Positions 24,167 through 37,911 of a stretch of DNA of 64,000 bases are shown piece after piece. The notes under the pieces were generated by a model. It saw only the letters and a program-made list of their open reading frames with translations. It was not told where the DNA came from and searched no databases. This DNA comes from Podospora anserina (lineage: Eukaryota), in the NCBI GenBank assembly GCA_017654855.1, contig CM030332.1, forward strand, positions 7,688,001-7,752,000, written 5' to 3'. Within the stretch, counting starts at the first letter, position 1; each line of letters opens with the position of its first letter. Position numbers and translations under genes: made by a program.

Positions 24167-27100
24167 CTAGCTTGTACCATTCATACCAGCACCCTGGGCC
24201 GCGAGGGCAGCCTGTTGGTGTTGGGCAGCCTGCGCTTCGGCTTGTGCGCACACATGGGTGATCACTGCTTGCTCATCGGGCGAGAGTTGTGAAGTAAGCG
24301 AGGCGTAGAATTGGGGCTGTTCTTGTTGAAGCCCTGTGGAGAATTAGAAATTAGCGGTTGCCGTCGCAATCTTTAACGGATTGTCGAAACTTACTGTGGA
24401 GAGAGACATGGAACGACATGTATGGGTCGATCTTGTCCAGAGGATTCTCCAGAAGTACGCTGTCTTCGCCCAGGTCATCATCGGAGACCTCACCCTCGGC
24501 GGACTGCAACTTTTGTGCCTGGAATGATCTCGTTAGTACGGTGCATCTGGATCAAAACTTTGCGAAGGCATTGCCTCACCTCCTCATTCAGGAAGTCAAG
24601 GTACGCAGTACTCTCGTCCTTGCTTTCACTGTGTTCACCCTCAGCTGCGTCGCCTTCCTCCCACTGAGCACCATCATCGTCCCAGTCCTCATCCTCGTCA
24701 TAGTACGCTGAGCTGTCGAGTTGGAAGTCATCCCTGAGAGCCTCTTCGCGATCTGCCTCATCGTCAGTAACTGCAAGCCACATTCATCGCCTGTTCTACT
24801 TACTTTTCATAGCTGCCGGAAGGGTGCTAAAGAGGATCGTGATTCCCTAGAGGTCCGTTAATATCCAAATCATCCACAATTCAATCACCAGGCCCATCAA
24901 GGGTAACTTACCTTGAGAAGCCTAGGCCAGCCTACCGCGACGCTTGCCGGGATTTGTTCATTGGGAATAGTAATGAGTTGAACAATAGCCATGATGCAGA
25001 GCCTCTTGTCATGCACGCGGGTGAACGATTCCATACTGCCGAACCACAGGCTGAAGAACTTGTTGGTCCAGCCCTGTGTCTCCAAGATGTGGAGAGCCAG
25101 GAGGGGGTTGTAGTAGATGGCGTTAATGACCATCTCCATGAGGTGGATCTTGTACGACTTGATCGTGACTTCCTGTCCGCTCAAAACGTTCATAGCGATA
25201 GTGATGAAGCCGTGAACGCAATCGTCGATATGGCCACGGAGGCTGAGCATCATGGCTTCGGCGAGCTTGCAGGCGCAAATGCGGTCAACACCTCCAACCC
25301 TGTTCTCCATGAACATGTCCGACACCATCGAGAACAAAGCCTGGACGTATTCTGGCTTGTGGATAAGCTGAGGGGCACCGAACTGCACAAAGTTGTCCAG
25401 GGCAGGGAGCATGTCCTCGAGGTACAGCTCAGCACCAGACTTAAAGGTGGCATGGACAAGCTCAAATGCCTGCCACATGATGGGGGAGATCCGCTTAGCC
25501 GCGAACGTGCAGCTATCGATGATCTCGAACACTTCGTTGTACAGATCTGTCACATGTTAGCCCCGCTCCACACACCAACCGCCCATCAAACATACCGTAA
25601 AGCTTGTTCCGCAGGGTGATCTCAATCACAGGCATGAGCACCCCCTCGATGTGAAGCAAGACATCCGGCGAGCTTTCCAGAGTAAGGATGAGTGTGCCGA
25701 TGGTCTGCAGCACTCCCAAAGCGGTGATGCTCTTGTCGTCTAGGTAGTCCCCATATTCGTTGTCGAGATCATCCCGTTGCTGATTGTTTTCCAACAACTC
25801 GCGCACGATGCGCAAGTATGTGTCACGCAGCTGCTCACTAAGCGCCACAGCGAAAGGAGTCAGCTCGGCAGCGAAAACCTCCACGAAATCTTCCATGACA
25901 TTCGCCAGGGCGTCGATATCAGCCTCATTAGCCAGCTTGAGGAGCTGTTGCATGATTGTTGGGATGCTTGACTGCATGCTGGTTCTGATAATGTCATGTC
26001 TGATCAGGGGCTGCAGAGCCAGAGCTGCAGTCACACGGACTGGCAACTTGGGATCCGCCATGCAGTCCAGAATGTGACGATACACAGTCAGGAGATTGTT
26101 TTGCTCCTTGAAGTTCAGCTGCTCAAACTTCTCCACAGTGTCGCAGGCACGCGCACGCAGGTACCCTTGTTCGTTGCTGAAATCAGGGAAGACGAAGCGG
26201 ACGAGGAAATATTCCACCTGGTCGGCGATGGGTGACTTCTTGCCCAGAATGACCGGAGCCAAAGTACCAATCATGCGGAGAGCACCCTCCTTGGCGATAT
26301 GATTCTTCTTGTCCGGTTCGGACGCCTCGTATTGGGTGACCACCTCATTGATAAACTTGAGGATTTCGAACGTCTGCTTTCTCCGCGCCTTTGTCAAGGT
26401 GACCAAGAAATTGGTAGCAGAAACATCAGGGGCCGAAACCTCCTCGTAGAAGTTGAGCTTGCGGTGCAAGTATTCCTCGGGCTCTTCTTCAAATTTCTCA
26501 AGATCGTCCTCGGAGAGGCAAAGAACAGGAAAGATAAAGTGAGTGACCAAGGTGGTAAGGTGAGTTTTGAGATGCGCCCACATCTCCTTGGGTCGAATGC
26601 ACTCGTCCAGGAACACAATGGTGTACGAAAGGCAGGGTCTGCTGAGCCAGGTGGTTTTGGCAACCCATTTCTCAATCTCTTGCAGGTAGTGGTTGAAAAT
26701 CGTCGGCGCAACCTGGGCTGTGAAGTCCTTCGCAAATCTCTTCTGGTCGTCGCTGGCATTGTCCATGAGAGAATTGGGGTTACCGTGTCTACGAGACACC
26801 GTCAGCTACAAGCAAAGCAGCATACTTGACACAGCACCGATTCGTACCTGATATACAAGCGGTTCAGATTGAAATACGCCCACTTCTTCGCCTTCCACCA
26901 GTGGTGACGCTCGCGTTCGAGGGGGTCTTCGTGCTGCATAGCAGTCGCGGGGATCGGCTTGGAAACAGTCTCCAGGAAGATGGTGCACCACGCAAGGTTA
27001 ACCTCGTTCTGGCGGAGGAAATCCGAAAGCTCAAGCTGCGGATGTCAGGTCAGTATCTGCTCAGCACTCTTGAGGTTTACATCCTGGAAACATACCCAGG

Positions 27101-27807
27101 TGGCATGCTTGTAACATTTGAGGGCGATATGCAGCATTTCGCCAGCCTCGTCGCTCTCCTGCTTCACCAGCTCTTGGCAGACGACCAAAAGTCTTGGGAA
27201 GCTGGCCTCGACAATCTTGTCAAAGGGGGCCCTCGTCTCACCCTCTGGTGACTTGAATCTGTAGGTCCGGCAGATGGCAAGCAGGCATTGCAGACCAGCC
27301 ATTACGGAGGCGGGAGTATTTGTGTTCAGTAGTTGAATCGTGTAGTCCATAAAGTTTGGCCATGACTGAGGAAAATCGAAGTGGAGGATTCGCTGGAGGA
27401 CTGGCACAAGCTGCTGCCTCACCTTGGCCTGAGAGCCGGCGAGCACAGGCAGTAGCCTCTCGCGGAAGCGCACCTTCGCATCCTCGGGTATTACTGAGTT
27501 GGTCGTGATGTGGTCTGAACGCTCCCATGCGCGGTTCACCCGGTTTTTAAGATAAATAGCAGCTGAGAAGGTGTAAGCAATTGTGTTCATGGATGAATGA
27601 ATATATAGCTCGAGATAAGCAACGGAAAAGGGTTCGGTGGGGGGGGGGCATGTCGTACTTGGGAGCTGCAGGGTGACGTTCTGCTCGGAAGACACGAGGT
27701 CGAGGAGGATGTCTGTAAAGTTGGGCTGATCTTCGGCCTGCACACCAACAAGGGAACGGTCAGCAAACAGCCACACGTGTGGGCGCAAGAACGGGGCAGT
27801 GGAGGCG

Positions 27808-27838
<31 letters not shown>

Positions 27839-28053
27839 CATCTGGTGCGACGGGTAGGGGTTGGGGAAGAAGGGCATTCAGGGCACTCAGGTCGACACCC
27901 GGGGGTCGAGGGTGGATGGCGGCGGAGGCGGTGGTGGTGGTCCCAGTGGTGATAACAACATACCTGCTTCAGTTGGAGCTCAGCCCGCCTTCGCACATCA
28001 GCGTCGGCATCGAGAGTAGCGACGATGAACGATCTGATTGCGGTGGCGTCCAT
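24167..28053 (-). CDS. NMD5: Importin-7/8-like karyopherin (Nmd5/Sxm1 family), 10 exons: 28053-27964, 27737-27659, 27562-27096, 27035-26848, 26788-25596, 25546-24912, 24846-24804, 24752-24580, 24518-24395, 24333-24167
   Basis: Importin-beta N-terminus (DADVRRRAELQLKQ...AIYLKNRV), WWKAKKWAY, YLRARAC and RVHDK motifs, and an acidic C-terminal region. All nine introns have GT/AG ends and compatible phases. Confidence 0.93.
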
Positions 28054-31000
28054 GTTGGGCAGCGTGAGGGATGTCCTATCGCATCAACAGCCCGTCCAGG
28101 GACAACAGCTATGGGTGTGGCGGGCAGAAAAGGCAGAAAAATGACACGGGTGGAAAGCCGAGATGGATGTCGAAGTCAAGGGCCAAGCTTAAAAAAATTT
28201 GGGCCAAAATCTGGGTTGCAACAGAGGTCGGCAAAGACCCCGAAATGGCGGGGCTAGAAGTTAAGAGGGTTCACGCTGTGTAGCCACAGGCGCTTGTCAC
28301 TGTCAGAACAGCCCGTCGTTCACCTGCAACCTTGGTCCGTGCCTCTCAGCCTGCTCTGTCGGGTACCTGAGATGAACGAACAAAGAGGACCCTCGACCCG
28401 GGAGATTGCTGAAGACGGAAAGGAAAAGAAATGCTGAAACAACAAGTCCTTTTACTGCTGTCTGTCTGTCTCAAGGATCCTGTTGGTGAGCAGAGCTCCC
28501 GTTCCCGTTTCAGAGCGGTTAAGTTTCCTCGAATTGGGATTTGCAAAGGACGGGTGAGCTATTCTATTTTGATTTGGTGCGCTGCACCAACAAATACCAA
28601 CCCTCTATCAGACGCCACTGCCACTAGACCAGAGCAATACTTCTCCGTGGGCTCACACTGAATCTAATTCAAGGCTCCGCCCCTCTATCTCACTTGAGCG
28701 TTGCCTTCGACGACCCTGTTTTGAATATAGGCACTGTCACGTCACAGAAACTGGTGGTCGTCCAGTTGCGGTGCTGCACAGTTCATCTAAACCGACACAG
28801 GCCTACTAAGAAGGACAGAGACAGAGGGGGGGGCTATTCTCCCCCCGATGAGCCGGGCAGTACCTCTTGGCACTCTGATAAGAAGATATCCAACCCCGCT
28901 ATTTTGGAATTTTGTCATCCAAATACATATATGCCCATCTCTATTGCCCCTTCATTACTGCTCTTCACTGCTCCTCACATCAGACATCCCTCCTGTGGTC
29001 TATCCCGGCATTCCACTTTCCATTCCACTTTCCATTCCACTTGGTCCTGGCAGTCTCTCCTCAACCTCAATGTCAAACGCCTGCCAGAGGATTGCCAAGA
29101 AAGGGCAACACAACGGAGGGGACCCCATGTCCGCAAAGGCGGTGAAGCCCCTCGAATCGATAAACCGGTGCCCGCCAATCAGGGGCATCATGGTTCAACC
29201 CCTCCTTGCCCCTCCATCCAAGCCAAGGCACATGACCCACTTCCTTCTTTTCCCCTCTATTCCCCGCCATTTGCTTCTCCTGAAGTGGAGTTCACCCAGG
29301 GTTCGGGCTTTTTGACAAGGGCACAACTACACAGTATATAGAAAAGAAAATATTCAAATTCACATCAACAGATTTATGAAGCTGGCTTATGCGGAATGGA
29401 ATACGGGGGTAAATCAAACTGCCCACAGTTGGTCTGCTCAAAAGCACAGAAACAATCCATGTTTCAAGATAGCCTCGCAAACAAAAAAACCCCCATCCAC
29501 TGAGGCTCGCTGGAAGTTCCAACTCCCGTTAGACATTGACCAAGAGCACGAGGGGCTGTCGCTGAAGAACCAGCCCTTGGGAGTCTTTGCACCCCCACCA
29601 ACTTATTCACTTGTCTTTTGCCCGGATTTCCTACTTTGCGTCACTGAACCCCGTTATGAGGCCTTGAAAGTGTCTCCATCTGAATTGACGCCCAACCCCC
29701 AAACCACACCACCTAATATGTACTTAGCCGTCATGGCTGGTACAGTAGCGTCCCTGGCGTGATCACCAGACTGAGGGCTCTCGGTTGTCAATATCGTGAT
29801 TTGGACTGACAGATCGGATTCGGGTTCAGCAGAAGAAGCTGCCATACTCTAGCCATCTGCCCAACGCAAGCCTCAAACCTTTTCCTTCCTTGCGCAAAAC
29901 CTCCCTATCCATCCCAAGTAACCGACAAGAATAGCTTCCCATGGACGAACCGCCCCCCAAAGATCCAGAAATGCCAACGGTCACGGTGGAGAAAAGCACA
30001 CACACGCCCAAGGTGGAGCAAAGAGAACCAAAAGGCTCCGGTACCTTTGATAGTGTACTTTCCCGGTGACCCCAACAAGAATGTGCATCATCCGACATGT
30101 AAAAAGGGGGGCGCAGGAACAAACTCCATACAGCAAAGGGTCGTCCAAACTCTTCTTTCAAAGTGGAAATCAGGTACATGCATGCATATGACAGACAGAT
30201 CCCAGCCTCACCTCACTCTTCCGCACCAAGCGGGCCATGATCATCACCACATTGTTGTTCAACCACCACACCACCCTCGAGGCCTTGATGACTGACAGCA
30301 GCAATATATATGTCACATAAAGAAATAAACCCCCAACCTTGAGACTTCCAAAACACCCTCTTTACCCTCATCAGAATCTCGCCCCCCCCCCCCTACGGAG
30401 AACCATGTCTCAAGCGATGAAAACGTCTCGTGAAAAATTCCACTGGTAATCACCAAACCCAACCCTCTTATCACACCCAGCACCGTAGACACCTCACTCA
30501 TCTACAGACATCTTGCCCATCTTCACACAACCCTCTCCTGTAAGAGAAGCAAGCTTCTCGCAAAGACATGTCTCAAGACCCACTTGACGACATCCAAACA
30601 CAACGCTGAAGTCTGATCATCGTGTGCCAATCTATGGGATGCATCATGAGCCATGCAGCAGCAAGAAGCCGGTTTATGAATGGCCCCTTATTTACTCTTT
30701 GAGCTCAGGTATCAACAACCATTCCGAACAGATACTAAGCACCACGCCATGACATTTCGGGATCAACCTTTGTGTGATGAGTGTATAATACAATGAATGG
30801 GCAATGATCACGCCACTGATCGAACTGACATTGACAAACATCGCAACGTTGATCAAAATAACATAAACCAAAAGTACCTCAAATCCAACTGTATTCATCA
30901 ACTCCATCCCCAAAGAGCCAAAAGCATCATGAACATCCAAAAAAAGATGCCAAGCAACAAGCTGGGTATGCGCAAACTAACGTGGAAGAAAGAAACAAGA

Positions 31001-33151
31001 CAAAATCAGACACCCGCCCAGAACTCATGACATACAGCATAAGCAAAACAAAACAAATCTGACAACCACCCACCCAATCTTGTAACCTATTCTTTTGTGC
31101 TTTCTTCAACAGCCCAGTTCTCCAAGACTGACCACCAAGCGCAAAACAGAGACACCATGCTATACCAAATACATGCGATGCCCAAAGCTAAACATGCTAT
31201 GACCGACAGATAAAGGCGTCAATAACTCTTGAGCAGTGAAAGATAAACAAGCGGCTTAAAGATGATGACTATGAGAAAGGTATCCACACACTACAAGACG
31301 GTTAGACATGCTCTCAACAACCTCGAGGATGAACGAAGCCGAGGGGGGGATGGAAGACAAGGGGTGGAATAACTGACAGTAACATGACACAGAACATCAA
31401 GCCGTGCAAGTCCGGTCAAGTAAAGAATGGTCCAAATGGTAGTCCATGGCATGTCCAATGATAGTCCTCGGGTCCATGGCAAATCCAGCTGAGAAAGTTG
31501 AATCCAACGACAAATGTGATGAAATAGGTCGAAAATCGTTGACAAAATGATGCAGCAGAGGGGAAAGTCAAACAGATCCGACGAGCAGGGAAACATTCGT
31601 CTGTAACCTGAAGGAGTGTCGAGCCCTATCGGTGTTGGTCAAGTTCAGGTCCAAGTTGAGTGGTCCAAAACGTGCTGTCCAAGGCAAGACTGATGTCAAT
31701 CCATGACTTTCCATCCGAAGTCCCACTGGTGTGTTGGTAACGTTGATATTCCAAGGCGGACGATTGCTGATATGACCGGTGTAGAAAAGAGAAGGATCCG
31801 GATGAGAAAGAAGTCCAATGGCTCAACCTTACCACGATGTTGTTCATTGATGTCTTTGACAGTGAGGGTAGCCTCAGCTTCAGATCCAGAACGATGATGT
31901 TGTGCGAGCTCCGTGCTCTCAGAACCCGGATGGGTCTGGCAATCCAGTGTCAGAACACCTCATGGTCAAAAGAGCGTCCGAGGGAGAAAAATGGTTGTGT
32001 TGTCAGGTATCCATATGTGGGGTCGAAGAGGTCCTCAATCCATGGCTTGTGTGAAAGATCCAACGGGAGAAGAGAGTCGCCAAGAGAGAAAGTGAAATCC
32101 AGCAGGGTCCAGAAAGATGTGAAGGCTCCATAGTTCCTCAGCGGTGTCCAGAATCATCAACCATCTGCGCTGTGTTAGTTGACTCAAACTCAAAAGCTCA
32201 GTTCGCTCGCCCGAGGCGAAGACGGTGGGTGGAAAATGGTGTAGCTCATTGTGCTCCGAGGGAATTCATCAGATATATACACTCTTTCAAGCGTTCACTC
32301 ACCTCGCTGTCCGGCCGTAGCCGTTGTCTCTGGTTGTTGATGTCAGAGGCGGATACGCGGTTGAGAAACCGGGATGTCAGCAAGGCGACTCACTCCTGGG
32401 CGTGCAAAAAAGGGTTCACAGCCAGAGGCAAAATGCAACAAAGGAAGAAGCAGTCCCGACAGCCGATCCGGACAGCGAGGGAGGAAGTATCCACAACCGT
32501 TGTAAAGATGTCCTCAAGCTCATCATCGTTCTTTTTCCCTAGGCAGCAAATTTGTCTCTCCTATATGGTATCAAAATCGTCTCGTCTCTTGCCCCTCTCT
32601 GTCGAAAAAGGAAAAAAAAGGAAAAAAAATGATAAAAAGAAAAAAATTCACACGGCGGGGCTGCCACCCGCCGCTGTTTGTTGTCCAGAAGTTGCCAAGG
32701 GTCCAAAGGTTGCCGGCTGGCAGAAGATGATCCAGTTGGGGCGAAGATGCTTTTGACATGTCGAAAAGATCCAGAATAGTGGCCAGTGGAACAAGTAGTC
32801 GAAAGACCCGCATCGAGGGCATGTCGTCATATCATGATCCAAAAAACGGTTGACAGAGATGCAACTTGCAGCTCCGGAGGTTCGTGGAAACCTCTGATCC
32901 AGGGTCTATCCGTGGGGGCCTTGTGTCAAAAAGGCAGGTTGCAAAGGCAGCCGAGTCCAGAAGCGTAAAGAAAGTAAGAAAACAAACAGTGAGCTAGTCC
33001 CAGCCCAAGACATTAGCAGGCATTAACATAATAGCGGTTCAATCAGACGCTCCGGACTCGACATGCCGAGGACGTTTCGGGGCGGACAGTTTTGTGTGGC
33101 GACTAACGCGGGCATTTGCGTGGGGAGGGAAACCTGCGGTTCGACCGGTGA

Positions 33152-34624
33152 TTAGCGACGGTGATGCCTGTTCCGGTCTCCGTGCCTATCATCGCGTTCG
33201 GTCTCGGAACGGCGAGCTCTGTGCTCTCGATGATCACGCTCTCGGTCTCTCGGTTCTGAATCGCGGTCGCGTCTGCCACTGGACGGTCCGGCACTCGTGG
33301 GTGTCGAGCTGGTTGGAGGAACGGTGGTGTTGGGAAGCACCGGACTGTTGTGATCCTCATATGGCGGCTGGTCCGGGGCGGCCGGGTAGCCTTGCCGTTG
33401 CGCTGTACCTGCAGGGGAACCTAAATCATCAGACGAAGCCTCGGGTGGGTTTGTGATTGTTGTTGTACTATACGCACCGCGGCCATAAAGAGGGTCGGCT
33501 GGGAAGGCCTGGCTGGCCGGAATCCCAGCAGGAGGCGGGTAGCCATATGGGTCTGCTTCCGAGCCAAACGGAGGACCTGATGTTGGCGTGCTGAAAGCCC
33601 TCGAAGGGGGGGCGGATGAAGGGGCCAATGGCATAGCCGGCATCCTCGGTGCATTGGCATATCCAGGGGCAGTCTGGTAGTTGGATCCGTGGATGAAGGC
33701 AGCATCCTGGGCGAATTGTCCTTGGATCGGCGGAGGAGGAACCATCCCGGCGTATCTGTCACCTCCCTGAGGTCCTGGGGAATACTGAGTTGGCGGAACA
33801 TTGGGCGGATATCCTCCGTAGGGCTGAGTTTGATACTGGGGAGCGGCAGCGGGATGAACCTGTGTTGGGTAAGCACCCTGGGGGTATCCGGCAGGAGGGG
33901 GAGGTCCGGGGTACGGCTGGCCACCGTAGCCCGGGTTCTTGGGCGGCGGAGGAGCCGGCTGGTAGTCAATATCCATGGCAGTGGCGCCGTACGAGGCTTC
34001 GTACTCCTGTTCCCGTTGGCGGTTCTTCCACGCGCTGTAGTCAGATTGCCCGCGGGTCTGCTCGCGAGCGCCTATGGGCGAGTTAGAACTCCTCACATAA
34101 ACGCCGTTCGAATGGCTGGAGTGTGTTGTACCTCCAGCGCCGCCGCCCGAAGACCTGGACGCTGCGCGCCGTTCCTGCTCCCACCGAGCGGAGTCGGCCT
34201 TGAGATCTTGAATCATGGCCTGCCAAGAAGAGAGAAATTTAGCCCCGTGCTCATCATCCACGACTGCCGTCGTCGAGCATCGAACGAGGGCCACTCACCG
34301 ACGTCAAATTTCGGTATGCCGTGATGAAATAACCTTGGGTGACACGTCCATCTGGGGACTAAAACACAAACAAAACAAGACTTGGTGAGCAAAACTGCAC
34401 ATCCCAGCCTTCCCGAGGAGGCATTGCGGGGAAGAAGCAGGGCATACCTCGTAGGTGCCAGGGCGCACCAACGCATCGTTTCCCAGGTATCTGCAAATGT
34501 CTGATGTGATAACCTCGCGATCGATGCCATCACGGGGCACAAAGTATTCGTTTTGACGCTGGGCTGCTGGCGGGACTGGTGGCTGGCCGCCGCCGGGTCC
34601 TCTGTTGTTTGGTCTCCCCGCCAT
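33152..34624 (-). CDS. rfeG: RfeG-like protein; introns 34359-34447 and 34220-34298, plus optional stop-free introns 34072-34131 and 33421-33477
   Basis: Conserved N-terminal domain RQNEYFVPRDGIDREVITSDICRYLGNDALVRPG...GYFITAYRNLTSAMIQDLKADSARW, reconstructed across two canonical introns. It is followed by a P/G/Y/Q-rich region and an RD/RE-rich tail. Confidence 0.88.
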
Positions 34625-37600
34625 TGTGGAAAGTTTGGTGCGTGCGCGCGTCTAACGGTTGCTGCGAAGCAGAGTTGATTCCCCCGCCCCAAGAGAACCT
34701 AATTCAAGCTGACGATGATTGAATGATCGAGGAACCAGTGTGTGTCGGAGTGGTGTTGGAGCGGAACTGCGGAAATGGGGATTCCGGGCGTCGCGGCAAG
34801 GCAGCAGAAAAAAAAACCAGAATAGGAGAATGAGAGAACGAGAGAGGGCCAGAGGGTGGGAGAAAGGCGGGCGGTCGTGGAAGAAATGGACAGTGGACAG
34901 GAAGGGTGGCAGTGGATGGAAGGCACCCGGCGCTTGGGGTTGGGTTGTCAGAGTGGGTCTCGCAGCGGTGATGGTGACTGGCGGCCTGTAACGGCAGTGG
35001 ATTTTCTCCAGCAAGTCCCCAAATGCGCCCCCGTCTCCTTGCCTCCGTTGGGCAGTTAGCTGGCTGCCAGACAAGGCTCAAACGGCAGCACCCAGTTGGC
35101 TGGAAAGACACCGGTCTGAACGGACACGCAGCGAGAATGGAGTCATCCAGCCAGCGAGATCCAGACGGTGTCAGGGGGACCGAGAGGCACGAGAGGGGGA
35201 CAAGCAGGGGAAGCCGGGGAATCCAGGCGTGCTGGTTGCTGGTGCGGTGGCAAAGCAGGCGCACGCAGCCAAAAAGAGAGGCCAAGAACACCTGCAGCGC
35301 TGTTCAATGCCATCCAATCGCAAGGCCCTCTCTCCGTCAGGAAGGAAGGGTTTGCACCGTCTATTGGGGAATCCCGTCGCCGTTCGAATGACGGGCGCCT
35401 GAGGTCGGATTGCTTTGCCGCTGCAGCTGAAAAAACCGGTACTGTCGGGATAAAACGGTGCTGGAGACTGACGTGACGGCATCGTGTTTGACTTGTCACC
35501 CCATCAGCATCCGTTCTGCCCAACATACATAACACATCACGCAGAATACATCGAAAAAATGAAAAGGTACCATGTTACCTTATCGTCGCCCTGTCCCAGC
35601 AAAGACCCCCTCCCCCCGAGGCCCAGCACAGCGCAGCAAATAACAGCCTGTCAGGTGAGCCGGTCGAGGCCAATCGCAGAGTGCGTGTTTTTGGGAGTGA
35701 CGATGTGTGGTCTCTGGTGGTCTCGCGGAGGCGTGGGAGTGTGTGGTTGGCTCCCGTCACCAGCACCTAGTGGGTTGCTGCGTTCGCAGATTTGCAGCCT
35801 GCAGCATGGCAGGAGACCAGGGCAGTTGTGCCATTGCATTTCCCATCCTCAGCACCCAGCAAGAGTGCGGCGGGTTGCGGTAACGGAGAGGGGTTTCTCC
35901 CTCAGAATCGGTGTCTGAAAGAGGACTCGGTTAGAGAGACGTTGTCTCCCACGCACCGAGCCCTGTTTGTATGGAGTCGACGTCTGCGTTGTTGACGGCG
36001 TCTCTTCCCGCGGCCGCCGCAGAAGCGGGGGCATTTCTGACCCGGCATTACACCCAGCCCTCTCGGGTGTTCTCTCTTCATCTCTTGTGTAAAAAAACAG
36101 AAAGAGGCTAGACCCGTGTAACATGGAGCTATGTGCTACGGAGACGAGGCTTCTTTTGGGCATGTAGCTGGCGTCAATCGGTGTTGCCCAAACGGTTCAG
36201 GCTGTTGTTGCAAAGCCTCTGATTGGGCCTCACCCACTGTCAAAAAACGCCAGATGAGCGAGAGGTGCGGGCTCCCATGCCAATCGCTTGGGTGACAGCC
36301 TGCAGTTGTCACGACAGTACTGGAAAGAGAACCGAAGAAAAGAAGCTGTTTCGGTTGCTGTCCCCGTTTCTCTCTGCCCATCTCTGACACTTCACGCGCA
36401 CAAGAAAAATGTGCAGGCTTGTTAGTCGGGAGCCCGAAGTGTGCCTGATCAGATACAAGTGGCGAACTGGATAAATTCCTCAGATCATACAGCAGTCTGA
36501 ACTCAAGTGTCTTCATGGTAAGTTGACGTCTGCCCATCTTCGTTGTCTCGGGCCGTGCGCTAGGCGGAAAGGGCGGGTGCAGCATCTATCGTCGAGAGAG
36601 GAGAAGGCTTGCTGCATGGAAATGTCTCATCTGCTCACAGAGGAGCATCTATCCCCATCTCCCCTCCCCCCACTGTCATGCATCCCGACGTTATCTGATG
36701 GGGATGAGGGTATACAGGTGCATGATGATGGATACCTCGGTGCGTGGTTGACAACCGTGGTCTTTGATGCCAATGTACAACTATCTCTTACCTACCCGGA
36801 CGGCTCCTCACCTGTCAAACATACGGACCGGTTGACAACGACGGGCATCATTGTTGCTTCGGTCTGGTGGAGTCAGGGCGAGCGAGGGCGTACGTAAAAT
36901 CCTGCATAGGTAGGTACGCAGCTGCCGTGTTCAAAATCAGCAGCGACAGTGACGACGGGGCGAGGTTTCTGGTTTGGTCAGGTCGGGTATCAATACATGA
37001 GCCCAAAGCCCAACCGTTGCCCGCATGAGAAAATATGGGGACTGATGGTCGGACCAGCCAATCACTGGCTCTCGCTCTTCCCCAAATGATGAAGCGGTGG
37101 TCGACGAAGCAACATTGCTTCGCTCATGCTGACTCTCGTGGGTTTTGGGGAATTCCCAGAACCTCAAACAAACAAGAAGCCTGTGTACAGCGACCGCAGC
37201 AAAGGCTCTGACGCTGTATGACGGATTGTGAAAAATCTCGAAATAGACTGTGATCCGCTGCGAGAGACATTGGTGAGCTTGTTTGTGGCTTCAAACTGCA
37301 CGGTGGCATCAGAGACGACAGCAGCTGGAAGAGATCCCACAGATCCCCTCAGGGGCCCATGCTCGTCGTCCGGGATGTGCTGTAGAGTTCCCAAACGGGT
37401 CGACTTCTCGGAGGATGAACGTGCATTTTCCAGCGACGTGACGATAAGGATTTCGTGTGGGATGGCCGGCAGAAGCAACTGCTCTCTGATATGGTTTGTG
37501 AGGATGGGGTTCACGGGTGTGCCCTCTTCTTCCATCCATCCGCGACGGCCCTCTTCCCGCTCCTTGCAAGAGGCGCTTGCATGCCGAGTGTTGGGTTCGG

Positions 37601-37911
37601 ACGGGATTCAACGATTGGCTCCAGAATCGCCGCACTCCGACGACGTCGGTTGCAGGGGCTCTCCGATGACTGACATGCCCGCCCAGGATGTATGACGAAC
37701 AGGAAGGCCATCCACCCACCGGGAAACATAAGTGCATTGCCCCCCATCCATTTTCTCGTTCTCCCGAACCAGCTTCCCCAATAGGCTGACTGTCGTATGC
37801 CTTCCATATGCTGTTGGTTGTCAACTTTGCCCACGTAAGTCTTCGTCTTGCAGGTAGTTATCGAATGCACGGCCGCCTCGGCAATGCATAAAGCTGCTCA
37901 AATCATCATGA

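Noticed and set aside
29821-30070. Frame with TAG (RQE*LPMDEPPPK...) that might be another editing-restored gene
   Set aside because: Bounded by TGA stops on both sides; no phase-compatible start or intron could be built.
36937-37700. Protein-like minus-strand fragments downstream of pol eta
   Set aside because: Several TGA stops and frame changes; no coherent gene model or recognisable homology.
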